NCBI GenBank assembly: GCA_965197745.1
Contig: CBDANS010000007.1
Span: 128,001-192,000, forward strand
Direction of reading: 5' to 3'
Length of the DNA: 64,000 nt
From: Opitutales bacterium
Lineage (GTDB): Bacteria; Verrucomicrobiota; Verrucomicrobiia; Opitutales; PNEW01
This document shows, one piece after another, positions 51,911 through 61,541 of the stretch (its first letter is position 1; every line of letters starts with the position of its first letter). Both the position numbers and the translations under genes were made by a program. The notes under the pieces were generated by a model that was not told where the DNA came from, made no database searches, and saw only the letters and a program-made list of their open reading frames with translations.

Positions 51911-52672
51911 ATGAAAAACAGGTTCAGCGTAAAAGGTAAGGTGGTATTGGTAACAGGGGCTGCGCGGGGTAATGGAAAAGCCATCGCAGAAGGATTTATC
52001 GATGGTCAAGCGATAGTATATTTTTTGGATATCCTCAACGAAGTAGAACAAACGGTTGACGCTCTGAATAATAAAAATGCCCATGCCGTAGTCTGCGATT
52101 TAGGAAACGCTTCGGAGGTGGAAAGTCATGTCGCGGAAATTATTAATAAACATCAAAGAATAGATATTCTGGTCAATAATGCCGCGATTGTCCAATATTG
52201 GGATGAAGCAGGACCCTATGCAAAAGACAGTTGGGATAAAAACCTGAGGGTTAATTTATATGGGACACTGGATTTAACACGAATGGTTTTAGGATTTATG
52301 GAAAAGACCAACGCGGGCGTAATCATAAATATAACCAGCCCAACCGCAGAGCGCGCTTTCTCAAAATGTCCGGCTTATTCGGTATCCAAAGCCAGTGTGC
52401 GTCAGCTGACAAAAGTGATAGCCAGGGATTACGCTCATTGTAATATCCGTGCGAATAATATCTGTCCCGGTTACATGAAGACAGCAGCGACGAAAAAAAG
52501 TTACGGCGATCCGAAGCTGAGGAAGGAACGATCAGACCGAATCATGATGGATCGCTGGGGAGAGCCAGAAGACCTTGCGGGGCCCTGCATTTTTTTAGCC
52601 TCTCCTGCAGCCGCTTATATTACCGGGTGCGATTTATATGTTGATGGTGGTTTTATTGCCAATGGGGTCTAA
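51911..52672 (+). CDS. Short-chain dehydrogenase/reductase
   Basis: TGAARGNG, NNA, YSVSK. Confidence 0.93.
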   Translation: MKNRFSVKGKVVLVTGAARGNGKAIAEGFIDGQAIVYFLDILNEVEQTVDALNNKNAHAVVCDLGNASEVESHVAEIINKHQRIDILVNNAAIVQYWDEAGPYAKDSWDKNLRVNLYGTLDLTRMVLGFMEKTNAGVIINITSPTAERAFSKCPAYSVSKASVRQLTKVIARDYAHCNIRANNICPGYMKTAATKKSYGDPKLRKERSDRIMMDRWGEPEDLAGPCIFLASPAAAYITGCDLYVDGGFIANGV

Positions 52673-52849
52673 ATAATAGAGCTATGACCATTAATGCCTG
52701 TTATCGATTCTTGACCGTTGATAAATAAGTAACACCATGAAATTAATGATCTCAGGGACACTCCAAATATTAAGGGCAAGAGAATGGGTTCTGGATTTTT
52801 ATAGAACAGTTAAAGCGATGTCATTTTCGACACGTAATAAGTAATTACA

Positions 52850-54076
52850 ATGTCTCAGGATACGATTGATACTTTCGACTCGCTCTTACTGACGCCTCAA
52901 TATTTAGCCGATCCATACACTGTTTTCCGTGATCTGCGCGCCAATGATCCGGTACACTGGAGCGAAAAGATGAACGGTTGGGTGGTAACGCGCTATGAAG
53001 ATGTAAAGAATGCCTTACAGGACACCCGGTTAATTTCCGGACAAAGACTGCTTTCTTATATGGGGCAGTTTCCGGAGGAGGTACAAAAGAGAATGGAACC
53101 GCTTTATAATAATTATACTAAGTGGTTGGTGATGATGGATCCGCCAAATCATACACGACTTCGCGCACTTGTGAACAAGGCCTTTACTCCACGCATGGTT
53201 GATGGACTGCGTCCCCTGATACAAAAAATAAACGATGAGCTGCTCGATGCTTTTGAAACCGCGGGGCGAATGGATGCCATCAAGGGCCTCGCCTATCCCA
53301 TGCCCGCGTCTGTAATTTCGGAAATGTTGGGTATTCCGCCAAAGGACCGCCAGCAATTTAATCGTTGGGCTGACGAAATGACCGCGTTTCTTGGAAGTGG
53401 CCGACCGAAAGTGGATTTAGCAGAAGAAGCGCTGAAAAGTGTGGGTGAACTAACGCGGTATTTTTTACCTATTGTGGTCGAGCGTCGGGAAAATCCCAAA
53501 GAGGACCTGATTAGCATCCTCGTTGCCGTAGAAGAAGAGGGACAAAAAATTACGGAAGAAGAAATACTGGCGATGTGCATTTTTCTACTGGTGGCAGGTC
53601 ATGAAACAACGATGGCCTTGATCTCGAACGGGCTCATGGCTCTTTTTCGTTTTCCTGACCAGCATGAAAAATTTAAAAAGGATCCCTCATTGATTAATTC
53701 CGCGGTGGAAGAATTTTTGCGTTATGACAGTCCCTTACAGCATCAAATCAGGATAGCCGATGAAGACTTGGAATTATGTGGCAAAAAAATTAAACAAGGA
53801 CAACGGGTTGTCCTGATGCTGGGCGCGGCAAATCATGATCCGGAGGTGTTCTCAAATCCGGACGAACTGGATATCTGTCGAAACCCAAACAAACACCTGG
53901 CTTTTGGTCTGGGTAAACACTTTTGTATCGGTGCGCCTTTAGCGAGGTTAGAGGGGCAAATGGTCTTTAGCGATATGCTTCGTCGTTTTCCAAATTTGAA
54001 ACTTGAAAGTGATGAAATTTCGTGGCGCGTGGATACATCGATGCGTAATCCCAAGGAAATGTGGATTACTTTTTAG
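52850..54076 (+). CDS. Cytochrome P450
   Basis: DPPNHTRLR, AGHETT, EFLR, FGLGKHFCIG. Confidence 0.96.
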   Translation: MSQDTIDTFDSLLLTPQYLADPYTVFRDLRANDPVHWSEKMNGWVVTRYEDVKNALQDTRLISGQRLLSYMGQFPEEVQKRMEPLYNNYTKWLVMMDPPNHTRLRALVNKAFTPRMVDGLRPLIQKINDELLDAFETAGRMDAIKGLAYPMPASVISEMLGIPPKDRQQFNRWADEMTAFLGSGRPKVDLAEEALKSVGELTRYFLPIVVERRENPKEDLISILVAVEEEGQKITEEEILAMCIFLLVAGHETTMALISNGLMALFRFPDQHEKFKKDPSLINSAVEEFLRYDSPLQHQIRIADEDLELCGKKIKQGQRVVLMLGAANHDPEVFSNPDELDICRNPNKHLAFGLGKHFCIGAPLARLEGQMVFSDMLRRFPNLKLESDEISWRVDTSMRNPKEMWITF

Positions 54077-54120
54077 ACTAATCATTAATAATAGAAAGCA
54101 GGAAAAAGAGGAGATAAACA

Positions 54121-54429
54121 ATGGGGAAACTGATAACGCTGGCTAAAGCTGAAGATCTGTCACCCGGTCAGGCACGGGCCTTCGAGGTAGAAGGAGAAAG
54201 AATTGCGATCTTTAATATTGATGGCACTTTTTATGCGATCGAAGATACCTGCACGCATGATAACGGGCCCCTTTCGGAAGGAGAGATTGATGGGACATCC
54301 GTCTTATGCCCCTGGCATATGGCGGAATTCGATCTGAAAACCGGGGAAGCTTTAACCGCGCCGGCAACCCAAGATGTGAAAAGCTTTAAAGTTTCCATCA
54401 ACGATGGAGACATTCAAATTGAGGTATGA
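54121..54429 (+). CDS. Rieske-type ferredoxin
   Basis: CTHD...CPWH, FDLKTG; 102 aa. Confidence 0.93.
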   Translation: MGKLITLAKAEDLSPGQARAFEVEGERIAIFNIDGTFYAIEDTCTHDNGPLSEGEIDGTSVLCPWHMAEFDLKTGEALTAPATQDVKSFKVSINDGDIQIEV

Positions 54430-54483
54430 TAGTCAGGAGATTGATGAAATTTATAAGAAACAGTAATTTTAAAAGGATATAAT

Positions 54484-54921
54484 ATGACAGTAAAAGCAAT
54501 TAGACATACCGGTATCGTGGTCAGTGATATGGAAAAAGCTTTACCTTTTTATCGGGATCTTCTCGATCTGGAAATCTGGTGGGACGAAATTGAAGAGGGT
54601 CCATTATGTGAAACGGTAGTTGGGGTAAAGGGAGCAAAGATGCATACCGTAAAATTGAAAGCACCCGACGGGGTATCAATTGAACTGCTTCAATATTTAA
54701 ATACTCCCAGTCCAGTACCTCCCCTGTCCAATGCAAATGATGTGGGCTGCAACCATGTAGCCATTCAAGTTGAAGACCTTGATGGCCTATATGAACGCGC
54801 CCAAGCACAAGGCATTCGATTCAACACCAAGCCGATTGTCGCTTCTGGGGGTAAGGTCAAGGTGACCTACTGCCGAGACTTTGAAGGGGTATACCTGGAA
54901 CTGGTCGAAGTGCTATCCTGA
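54484..54921 (+). CDS. VOC/glyoxalase-family protein
   Basis: HTGIVVSD, IELLQY, HVAIQV, LELVE. Confidence 0.9.
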   Translation: MTVKAIRHTGIVVSDMEKALPFYRDLLDLEIWWDEIEEGPLCETVVGVKGAKMHTVKLKAPDGVSIELLQYLNTPSPVPPLSNANDVGCNHVAIQVEDLDGLYERAQAQGIRFNTKPIVASGGKVKVTYCRDFEGVYLELVEVLS

Positions 54922-54967
54922 AATATTTTATATTACCATTACTGAAAATTAATCCTGTTATTTAATT

Positions 54968-56305
54968 ATGGCATATGATACCAGCGCCTTGAACCCGGTT
55001 GATACGAAAAAGGTAGAAACCCGCTACCGGCGTATCGTTACCCCTATTCCGGTCCCGGAATCAATCGACCTCATTCAAAGATTAAGGGCGGTGGAACCGA
55101 AGGGTGCACTAGGCATGCCCCCCATTCTCTGGCATCAAGCTGTGGGTTTTCTTGTTCGCGATCCCTATGGAAATCAATGGATAGATATGAGCAGCGGTAT
55201 TGTCGTAGCCAATGTGGGTCATGCCCATCCCAAAATAATCGAAGCGATAAAGCAGCAAATTGATAACCAGCTCATTTTCACCTACACCTTCTCTTCTGAT
55301 GTGAGAACACGTCTGCTTGAACGATTGGCAAAGCTGGCCCCCGAAGAACTCGATAAAGCTGCTGTCTTCTGTTCAGGCAGCGAAGCTAATGAATGTGCGA
55401 TCAGTCTGATGCGACATCATGGGCTCGCGATATCGCCAGAGAAGATTGGTATCCTCTCGATGGAGGAGTCATTTCATGGACGCACGCTAGCCGCAGCGTT
55501 TACCGCCGGTGGACCCGGATTGGTGGATGGTCTAAACCGTAAAATTGCTGGTCATACCCAATTGCCGAGGCCCGACTCTGATCGATCAAAGGGATTTTTA
55601 GAAGACCTCGAATCACTTAAGATCAATCCCGATAAGATTGCCGGAATAATATTGGAATCGATTACCGGCTGGGCGACTAAACCTTATCCCCAGGATTACA
55701 TCGAGTCATTAATGGCCTGGGCGAAAGAGCATCAGATCCTCGTAACTATGGATGAAGTACAGGCGGGTATGGGAAGGTCGGGGCGTTTGTTCGCCTTCGA
55801 GCACTACGGAATAGTACCCGATCTCATCACTTGTGGAAAGGGCCTTAGCTCAAGTCTGCCGGTATCTGCAGTAAAAGGGAGAAAAGAAATAATGGATCTC
55901 CCGGGAGCGCATATGTCCAGCACCTTTGGGGGCAATCCCGTCTGTGCGGCAGCGGCATTGGCATGCATTAATGTCCTTGAAGACGAGAAATTGGTCGAAA
56001 GATCCGCGACCCTGGGTGAAAAACTTGGCAAGGAACTCGAAGCCATCGCCGACAGGCATCGACCTTATATCAACTGGGTTGATGGCCGTGGGTTCTTCAG
56101 ATCCATACACCTCAAAGACCCGGTAACGGGTGAACAAGTACCCGATTTGGTAAATGAAATGACCATGGAGTGTATCCGGCGTGGGGTGATGTTATTTCAT
56201 ACCGGGCGTTTTTTTAAAATTGTTCCCCCATTTATTATCGAAGAGGATGCACTTTTTGAAGCGATTGGGGTAATTAGCGATGTATTCGATGATTATCTAA
56301 AATAA
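54968..56305 (+). CDS. Class III PLP aminotransferase (GabT/ArgD-like)
   Basis: SGSEANE, FHGRT, DEVQAGMGRSG, CGKG, STFGGNP. Confidence 0.93.
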   Translation: MAYDTSALNPVDTKKVETRYRRIVTPIPVPESIDLIQRLRAVEPKGALGMPPILWHQAVGFLVRDPYGNQWIDMSSGIVVANVGHAHPKIIEAIKQQIDNQLIFTYTFSSDVRTRLLERLAKLAPEELDKAAVFCSGSEANECAISLMRHHGLAISPEKIGILSMEESFHGRTLAAAFTAGGPGLVDGLNRKIAGHTQLPRPDSDRSKGFLEDLESLKINPDKIAGIILESITGWATKPYPQDYIESLMAWAKEHQILVTMDEVQAGMGRSGRLFAFEHYGIVPDLITCGKGLSSSLPVSAVKGRKEIMDLPGAHMSSTFGGNPVCAAAALACINVLEDEKLVERSATLGEKLGKELEAIADRHRPYINWVDGRGFFRSIHLKDPVTGEQVPDLVNEMTMECIRRGVMLFHTGRFFKIVPPFIIEEDALFEAIGVISDVFDDYLK

Positions 56306-56360
56306 TTTTTCTTACGATCTTACGATTATATTAATGACGTGCTAAATAAGGATAAGATAA

Positions 56361-57134
56361 ATGTCAGAACCGATGTTAGTGGATTTGAATGGCAGGCATG
56401 CCCTCGTAACCGGAGGGGGGACAGGTATCGGCAACGCTATATCGATTGGTCTGGCACGCTGCGGTGCGACGGTTGTCGTCAATTATTCACGCAGTGAACA
56501 AGAAGCGAATGAAACAGTTGCCGCAATTAAAGATCTGGGAGGACAGGCGCTAGCCGTAAAAGCGGATGTGACGGAAGAAAGTCAGGTTGGGCAGTTAGTC
56601 GATACATCAGTGAAAGAGTTTGGCGGATTGGATATCCTCGCGGCCAATGCGGGAGGACCGACGGAAGTTATCCCCACCGCAGAATTATCCGGTGAAGATT
56701 GGGATCGGGGGCTGGGATTGAATTGCAAGGCAGTATTTTATTGCGTTAAACATGCTATCCCTCATTTACCCGATAAGAGGGGAAGAATCATCATTACTTC
56801 TTCGATCAGCGCGCGTAGCGGAGGTGGTCCGGGAATGGTAACTTATGCCGCGGCGAAGGGAGCGATCAACAATGTGGTAAGAGGTTGGGCTAAAGAATAT
56901 GGGCCGCGTGAAATTACGGTGAATGCCATTGCGCCAGGTATTATCTGGACACGTATTCATCGCGATGGCACCGATCCTGATGATTATAAAAATTTACTCA
57001 CGCGCATCCCAGTAGGACGCGATGGTAAACCGGAAGATTGTGTCGGAACAGTGCTTTTGTTAGCCAGTGATGATGGCGGCTATATCACGGGACAGATCAT
57101 CGAGATCAATGGCGGTATGCAGATGCCGTCTTAA
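56361..57134 (+). CDS. Short-chain dehydrogenase/reductase (FabG-like)
   Basis: TGGGTGIG, NAG, YAAAK. Confidence 0.93.
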   Translation: MSEPMLVDLNGRHALVTGGGTGIGNAISIGLARCGATVVVNYSRSEQEANETVAAIKDLGGQALAVKADVTEESQVGQLVDTSVKEFGGLDILAANAGGPTEVIPTAELSGEDWDRGLGLNCKAVFYCVKHAIPHLPDKRGRIIITSSISARSGGGPGMVTYAAAKGAINNVVRGWAKEYGPREITVNAIAPGIIWTRIHRDGTDPDDYKNLLTRIPVGRDGKPEDCVGTVLLLASDDGGYITGQIIEINGGMQMPS

Positions 57135-57140
57135 GCTATA

Positions 57141-57175
57141 TGCAAGATACAGGATGCAGGGTGCATGATGCAAGA
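57141..57175 (+). repeat. Degenerate heptamer array (5 x 7 bp)
   Basis: TGCAAGA TACAGGA TGCAGGG TGCATGA TGCAAGA. Confidence 0.75.
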
Positions 57176-57249
57176 CTCCCTCGGTAAGATTGCGGATTGT
57201 TTCTAACGGCTATCGCATACTTTAATTTATTATGCATTCTGCAACCTAA

Positions 57250-57316
57250 GGTGGAGCGGGCTGCCTGACGGCCATAGTCTCGCCACTGTGGGACGACGGC
57301 TGTTCCCAGCACGCTT
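57250..57316 (+). repeat. REP-like unit with a 34-bp insert and 5-bp duplication
   Basis: GGTGGAGCG-GGCTG-[34 bp]-GGCTG-TTCCCAGCACGCTT; empty form matches the reverse complement of 14949-14976. Confidence 0.85.
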
Positions 57317-57355
57317 CTTTTTTCTATTTATTTAATCGCGATGGCAGAGCTTCGA

Positions 57356-58684
57356 TCAATCAATCGAGGGCCAGGGGTGGTTTGTGGGATCGAGAATACG
57401 TGTGGGAGCAAAGTATGCTCGGGGGTAATCGTCCGGACCATCAAGTTTAAGTATCTGTTGCACGACATGGCGCGCTCCATTAAATGAAACTGCAGTTCCA
57501 GATCCACACATGCCGCCGACAATATACTGGCGTTTTCCATCGAGTAATCCGATGACAGGATATTCATCGTCGGTGAATCCGGCGGTGCCGCTCCATTCAT
57601 GGGTCATGTGAATTCTGCTTTGTCCAAATAAACGGTGTATCTCGCTGATAACATATTTAGTAATAAATCGTGAAGGGTTGTTGCAACCAGCATTGCGATA
57701 GGTGATATGTGTCTCATCTGAACCAAGCGTAATTCCTTCACCCACACGCGCGAAAAACCCGCGATTATTGCTGAGGCCGACATGAGGTTGCATTCCATGT
57801 GGGCCGCCTTCCCCGTATGCGTTTTGCGTCTGTACGGCATGAACCAAATTGCAATACTGTCGATGAAGAATTGCGGTGTAAGATTCAGTAGCGTTGATCA
57901 CGTACTTCGCTTTTATTCTTCCACGGTTGGTACTAACGAAATAAAAGTCGCCGGCATCTTCAACTCGTGTCACTCGTGTTCGTGTGTAAAGGTTCACATG
58001 GGAACTGCGCAGCGCAATCTCAAGAAGAGACCAAACCCATTTTGCCGGATGAAAGGTTGCGGTACCTCGTGAAAATCCGGCTGGGCATTCAACAATCATT
58101 CCTCCACGGCGTAGGGCCTCTTCGGGAGAAATAGTAGTCCAGTCGTCAAACCCTGCATCCTGGCCCAGGCGCACCGATTCCATCAGGGCCGATTGATCCT
58201 CGAATTCGCAAGCTTGGACCCACCCATTTCTCTCGTAATCACATTCTATTCCCTCATCCTTGATCGTTTTTTCAATCAATTCTGCATTTTTGTAAGCACT
58301 TTTAGTGTATGCAGATGCAAATTTTGAACCGAGTTGGTCCCGCTCTTTATGGCTTAAATCAGGACGGAACTTTTCGAGATAGGGGCTCACCGTTTTTTTT
58401 ACCATCGCAAAATAGCGTCCCATGACAATTTCACCGCCATTACGCCCGCTCGCTCCGGACGCCGGGTCGTCCATTTCCAGGACGGCCATCGACTTCGCCT
58501 TGTGTTTCGACCAGAAATAAGCACAGCCGGCCCCTGTAAATCCGGCCCCTATAACTATCACTTCACACTCATTGGGGAGACTTGCTTCTGTTTGCGATGA
58601 CCAGGGATAATTTGCCAGTGGGTTCTCAGTGATGAGCCAGAACGGGGTGCGTGATATTTTATGTTCAAAATTCACGGTGGTCAT
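57356..58684 (-). CDS. FAD-dependent oxidoreductase (DAO/PuuB-like)
   Basis: PFW, IGAGFTG, GASGRNGG, WSGTAGFT.D..P, GGMCGSG; start set at MTTVNF. Confidence 0.88.
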   Translation of the reverse strand: MTTVNFEHKISRTPFWLITENPLANYPWSSQTEASLPNECEVIVIGAGFTGAGCAYFWSKHKAKSMAVLEMDDPASGASGRNGGEIVMGRYFAMVKKTVSPYLEKFRPDLSHKERDQLGSKFASAYTKSAYKNAELIEKTIKDEGIECDYERNGWVQACEFEDQSALMESVRLGQDAGFDDWTTISPEEALRRGGMIVECPAGFSRGTATFHPAKWVWSLLEIALRSSHVNLYTRTRVTRVEDAGDFYFVSTNRGRIKAKYVINATESYTAILHRQYCNLVHAVQTQNAYGEGGPHGMQPHVGLSNNRGFFARVGEGITLGSDETHITYRNAGCNNPSRFITKYVISEIHRLFGQSRIHMTHEWSGTAGFTDDEYPVIGLLDGKRQYIVGGMCGSGTAVSFNGARHVVQQILKLDGPDDYPRAYFAPTRILDPTNHPWPSID

Positions 58685-59004
58685 CGCTTCGGGAATAACA
58701 ATAAAGACCTGTCGCAACGACCAGAGAAAAAATCGGAAAAACCTGACAGGGAAAATGTCATTGGAAAACGTTTTACGCATAAAGGTAGCGGCGGCGTGAA
58801 AATCGTGAAGACGCAGACCAAAAATTAAACCCGAAGCAATACGCAGACGAAAAAAGAAGCTGCACGATTTACTGATGGGATGACTGCTATTCATCATTCT
58901 ATCAATGATAAATAATGCCAATAGATTGGCGATGAAAGGTGTAAGTTTGAATGATATTGCTATTCCGTTTTCTCGACGTACCGCGGTCAATTAAAGCTGA
59001 TCAC

Positions 59005-60036
59005 CTAAAATTTATAACCCATACCCATAATGATTCGGGTTTGCGTTTTGTCTACACCGACAGCCAAATTTTCATCAAAGTCTATTTCATATCGTAAATT
59101 AGCAGCCATGCGATTGGAAATCAGCGCTTTCAATCTTGCCAGAAACTGTAAAGCAATAGAGTCAGCGGCATCGGGATTAATGGAAATATCTGATTCCTGG
59201 TAAAACGTTATGTGGTCGGTAATCTGGTATCGAATATCCTGAAATAAAGAACCTAACGTTTGCCATTCTCTGGTAACGGTTGGAATATCCTGGTATCGAG
59301 CGCTAAACGCCGGGGTAACCGATAACTCAAAAGCATTCTTGTCAATAATTCGCCATCTTACTCCGAGACTTTGCTTGAAGTCGTCGTCGATTTCTTTGAC
59401 CTTATCTTTTACATAAGCACTATCAAGCTGTGTAAATATACGAGAGGACAAATCACGTCGCATACGAAAGCTGGTATTGTATCGCTCACGATTAACATCC
59501 TTTTCACCATTGATCTTTTGAAAACTGTAATCATAACTTCCATCAAAAAAATATTGGTTTTTTTCCGTATCATGACGTATGTGAAAAGCGAGATTAAGGT
59601 CCTGTTGATTGCGTTCTCCATTCCCTAAGCGATAACCCGCGGTGAAACTTGAGTCCAATTTTTTTTCCGGAGGCGCGTCAGAGAGCATGGTATTTAATTT
59701 TGGCAATTTTAAAATTTTTGTAGATTGGGAACCCATTTCAGCTTCAGTTTTCTCGGTTTCAGTTACTGATTCAAGGATTGGAGCAGCGTCGGTTGTTTTT
59801 TCCTCTTCGCTGCCTTTTATTGAAGGAATAATTTTTCCTTGAGAGGTGTTAACCCTTATTGGTCCCAGTATATCACTGACGAAAAAAATGGTGTCATTTT
59901 CTTCTTTGATAAACTTACCGGTGAGCCGATCGCCATTGGTGAGTTCAAGAGTCCCGGCCAAGAGACAGGTTCCCTTGATTATGACGAGGGACAATATCCA
60001 TTTAGCTTTATGATTTATAATTCTCATGGCAGTCAT
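59005..60036 (-). CDS. DUF481-family outer-membrane beta-barrel protein
   Basis: Signal peptide, LTNGDRLTG, terminal GYKF. Confidence 0.85.
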   Translation of the reverse strand: MTAMRIINHKAKWILSLVIIKGTCLLAGTLELTNGDRLTGKFIKEENDTIFFVSDILGPIRVNTSQGKIIPSIKGSEEEKTTDAAPILESVTETEKTEAEMGSQSTKILKLPKLNTMLSDAPPEKKLDSSFTAGYRLGNGERNQQDLNLAFHIRHDTEKNQYFFDGSYDYSFQKINGEKDVNRERYNTSFRMRRDLSSRIFTQLDSAYVKDKVKEIDDDFKQSLGVRWRIIDKNAFELSVTPAFSARYQDIPTVTREWQTLGSLFQDIRYQITDHITFYQESDISINPDAADSIALQFLARLKALISNRMAANLRYEIDFDENLAVGVDKTQTRIIMGMGYKF

Positions 60037-60148
60037 AATTAAGTTTAAGATAAATATACATACGAGGGCGCTTAGAAAACTTTGATTTTATAGAGGGCTA
60101 TAGTATACCCGATTCCAAGAAAATTCATGCGATCAGGATGCATTATTT

Positions 60149-60787
60149 TCATTTATTAAGTAAATAATTAAGGGTTATTAGGAGATCACTAAAGGTTCGA
60201 CGGATGGGGTTTCGCCCAAACCTGCGGCCCGATGATAATAATGGAAGTTTCAAAGTGACGACTTTGCCGTGGCGTTTCAGGCGTCGGGAAAACTCCAAAT
60301 CTTCCATATTACTGCGCTCGTGAAATCCCCCCGATTTATCAAAAACACTCTTTTTCACAAAGATACCCTGATCCCCGAAATGCCATCCCAACAGGGTGCT
60401 GCGAATATCGGACATTCGGCAGGTAGCTTTAAGAAACACTGAGGGGTGATCGAACCTTCGGGTAAAAGCTCCTCCCGCTATATTTGGCCGCATCAGGGCT
60501 TTTTCAACGCACTCCAGCGCGGTCACGGGAATGTGTGTATCTGCGTGTAGAAAAAGAAGGAAGTCGCAACTCGCTTCATGGGCGCCGCAATTCATTTGGG
60601 CAGCGCGTTGACTCAATGACGAATGGATTACACGCGCGCCTGTGTTTTCAGCGAGGATAGTGGTCCTATCATCGCTCCCCCCATCGACAATGATGATCTC
60701 GCTGGATCTATTATTGGCAGCAATACATTTCAGGGTGCCGGTAAGCATTTCCTCTTCATTCAATGTGGGAATGATTATCGATATCAT
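60149..60787 (-). CDS. GT2 glycosyltransferase, TIGR04283-like
   Basis: IIIPTLNEE, DGGSDD, RAAQMN.GA, FLHADT, GDQGIF, MED, SGRRF. Confidence 0.88.
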   Translation of the reverse strand: MISIIIPTLNEEEMLTGTLKCIAANNRSSEIIIVDGGSDDRTTILAENTGARVIHSSLSQRAAQMNCGAHEASCDFLLFLHADTHIPVTALECVEKALMRPNIAGGAFTRRFDHPSVFLKATCRMSDIRSTLLGWHFGDQGIFVKKSVFDKSGGFHERSNMEDLEFSRRLKRHGKVVTLKLPLLSSGRRFGRNPIRRTFSDLLITLNYLLNK

Positions 60788-60815
60788 AACGCTGGTATTT
60801 ATAATGGAACATTGT

Positions 60816-61541
60816 CTATGGCGGCTTCCTCAATTTGAAATATTTCGAGGATAAATAATAATAAAAAACGGTCCACAGAATTTTAGATCCCGCTTTTATG
60901 GTTCCACTGATGGTTCCGGATATTTTTGATTGTCCCCCCTGTCTTGGTAAATAATTCATGGGGATTTCCTTTATGCGCAATCCGTGTTCAATAGCACGAA
61001 TCTGCATTTCAACCGTCCATCCATAATTCCGGTCGCGCATCTTCAGTGACTCGAGAGCTTGACGGCGGATGAAGCGCAGGGGTCCTAAATCGTGAAAACG
61101 AAATCCCCAACCCAGGTAGATAAGATATGTGGCAAAAGCATTACCAAAATTCTGGACTAAAGTCATGGCCCCGCGGCCTGACTTTGATTCGCGTCGGTTT
61201 GCCAGGATAAAATCAAAAGATTCTGCCACCTGGAAGAATTCAGGTAGCCTCTCGAGTTCGTCACTACCGTCGGCATCGCAGAAGAGGACCCATTCGCAGT
61301 TTGAGGGGAGTATTTGATACCCTGTCCAACAGGCACTACCATAACCTTTAGTCGGTTCGGAAATTACTTCGGCACCGGCTCTTTCTGCGACTGCCGCTGT
61401 ATTGTCAATACTGGCATTATCGACAACACGAATATTTTTAAGCCCAAGAGTTCGTAAACGCTCAACAACATTACCTACAGTTATCTCTTCATTGTAGGCA
61501 GGAATAATAACTTGTGTTATTTCCAGATTTATTCCGTTCAC
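60816..61541 (-). CDS. GT2 glycosyltransferase (Dpm1-like)
   Basis: IIPAYNEE, GYGSAC, DADGSD, DLGP.R, YGWTVEMQ, SKISGT. Confidence 0.9.
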   Translation of the reverse strand: MNGINLEITQVIIPAYNEEITVGNVVERLRTLGLKNIRVVDNASIDNTAAVAERAGAEVISEPTKGYGSACWTGYQILPSNCEWVLFCDADGSDELERLPEFFQVAESFDFILANRRESKSGRGAMTLVQNFGNAFATYLIYLGWGFRFHDLGPLRFIRRQALESLKMRDRNYGWTVEMQIRAIEHGLRIKEIPMNYLPRQGGQSKISGTISGTIKAGSKILWTVFYYYLSSKYFKLRKPP

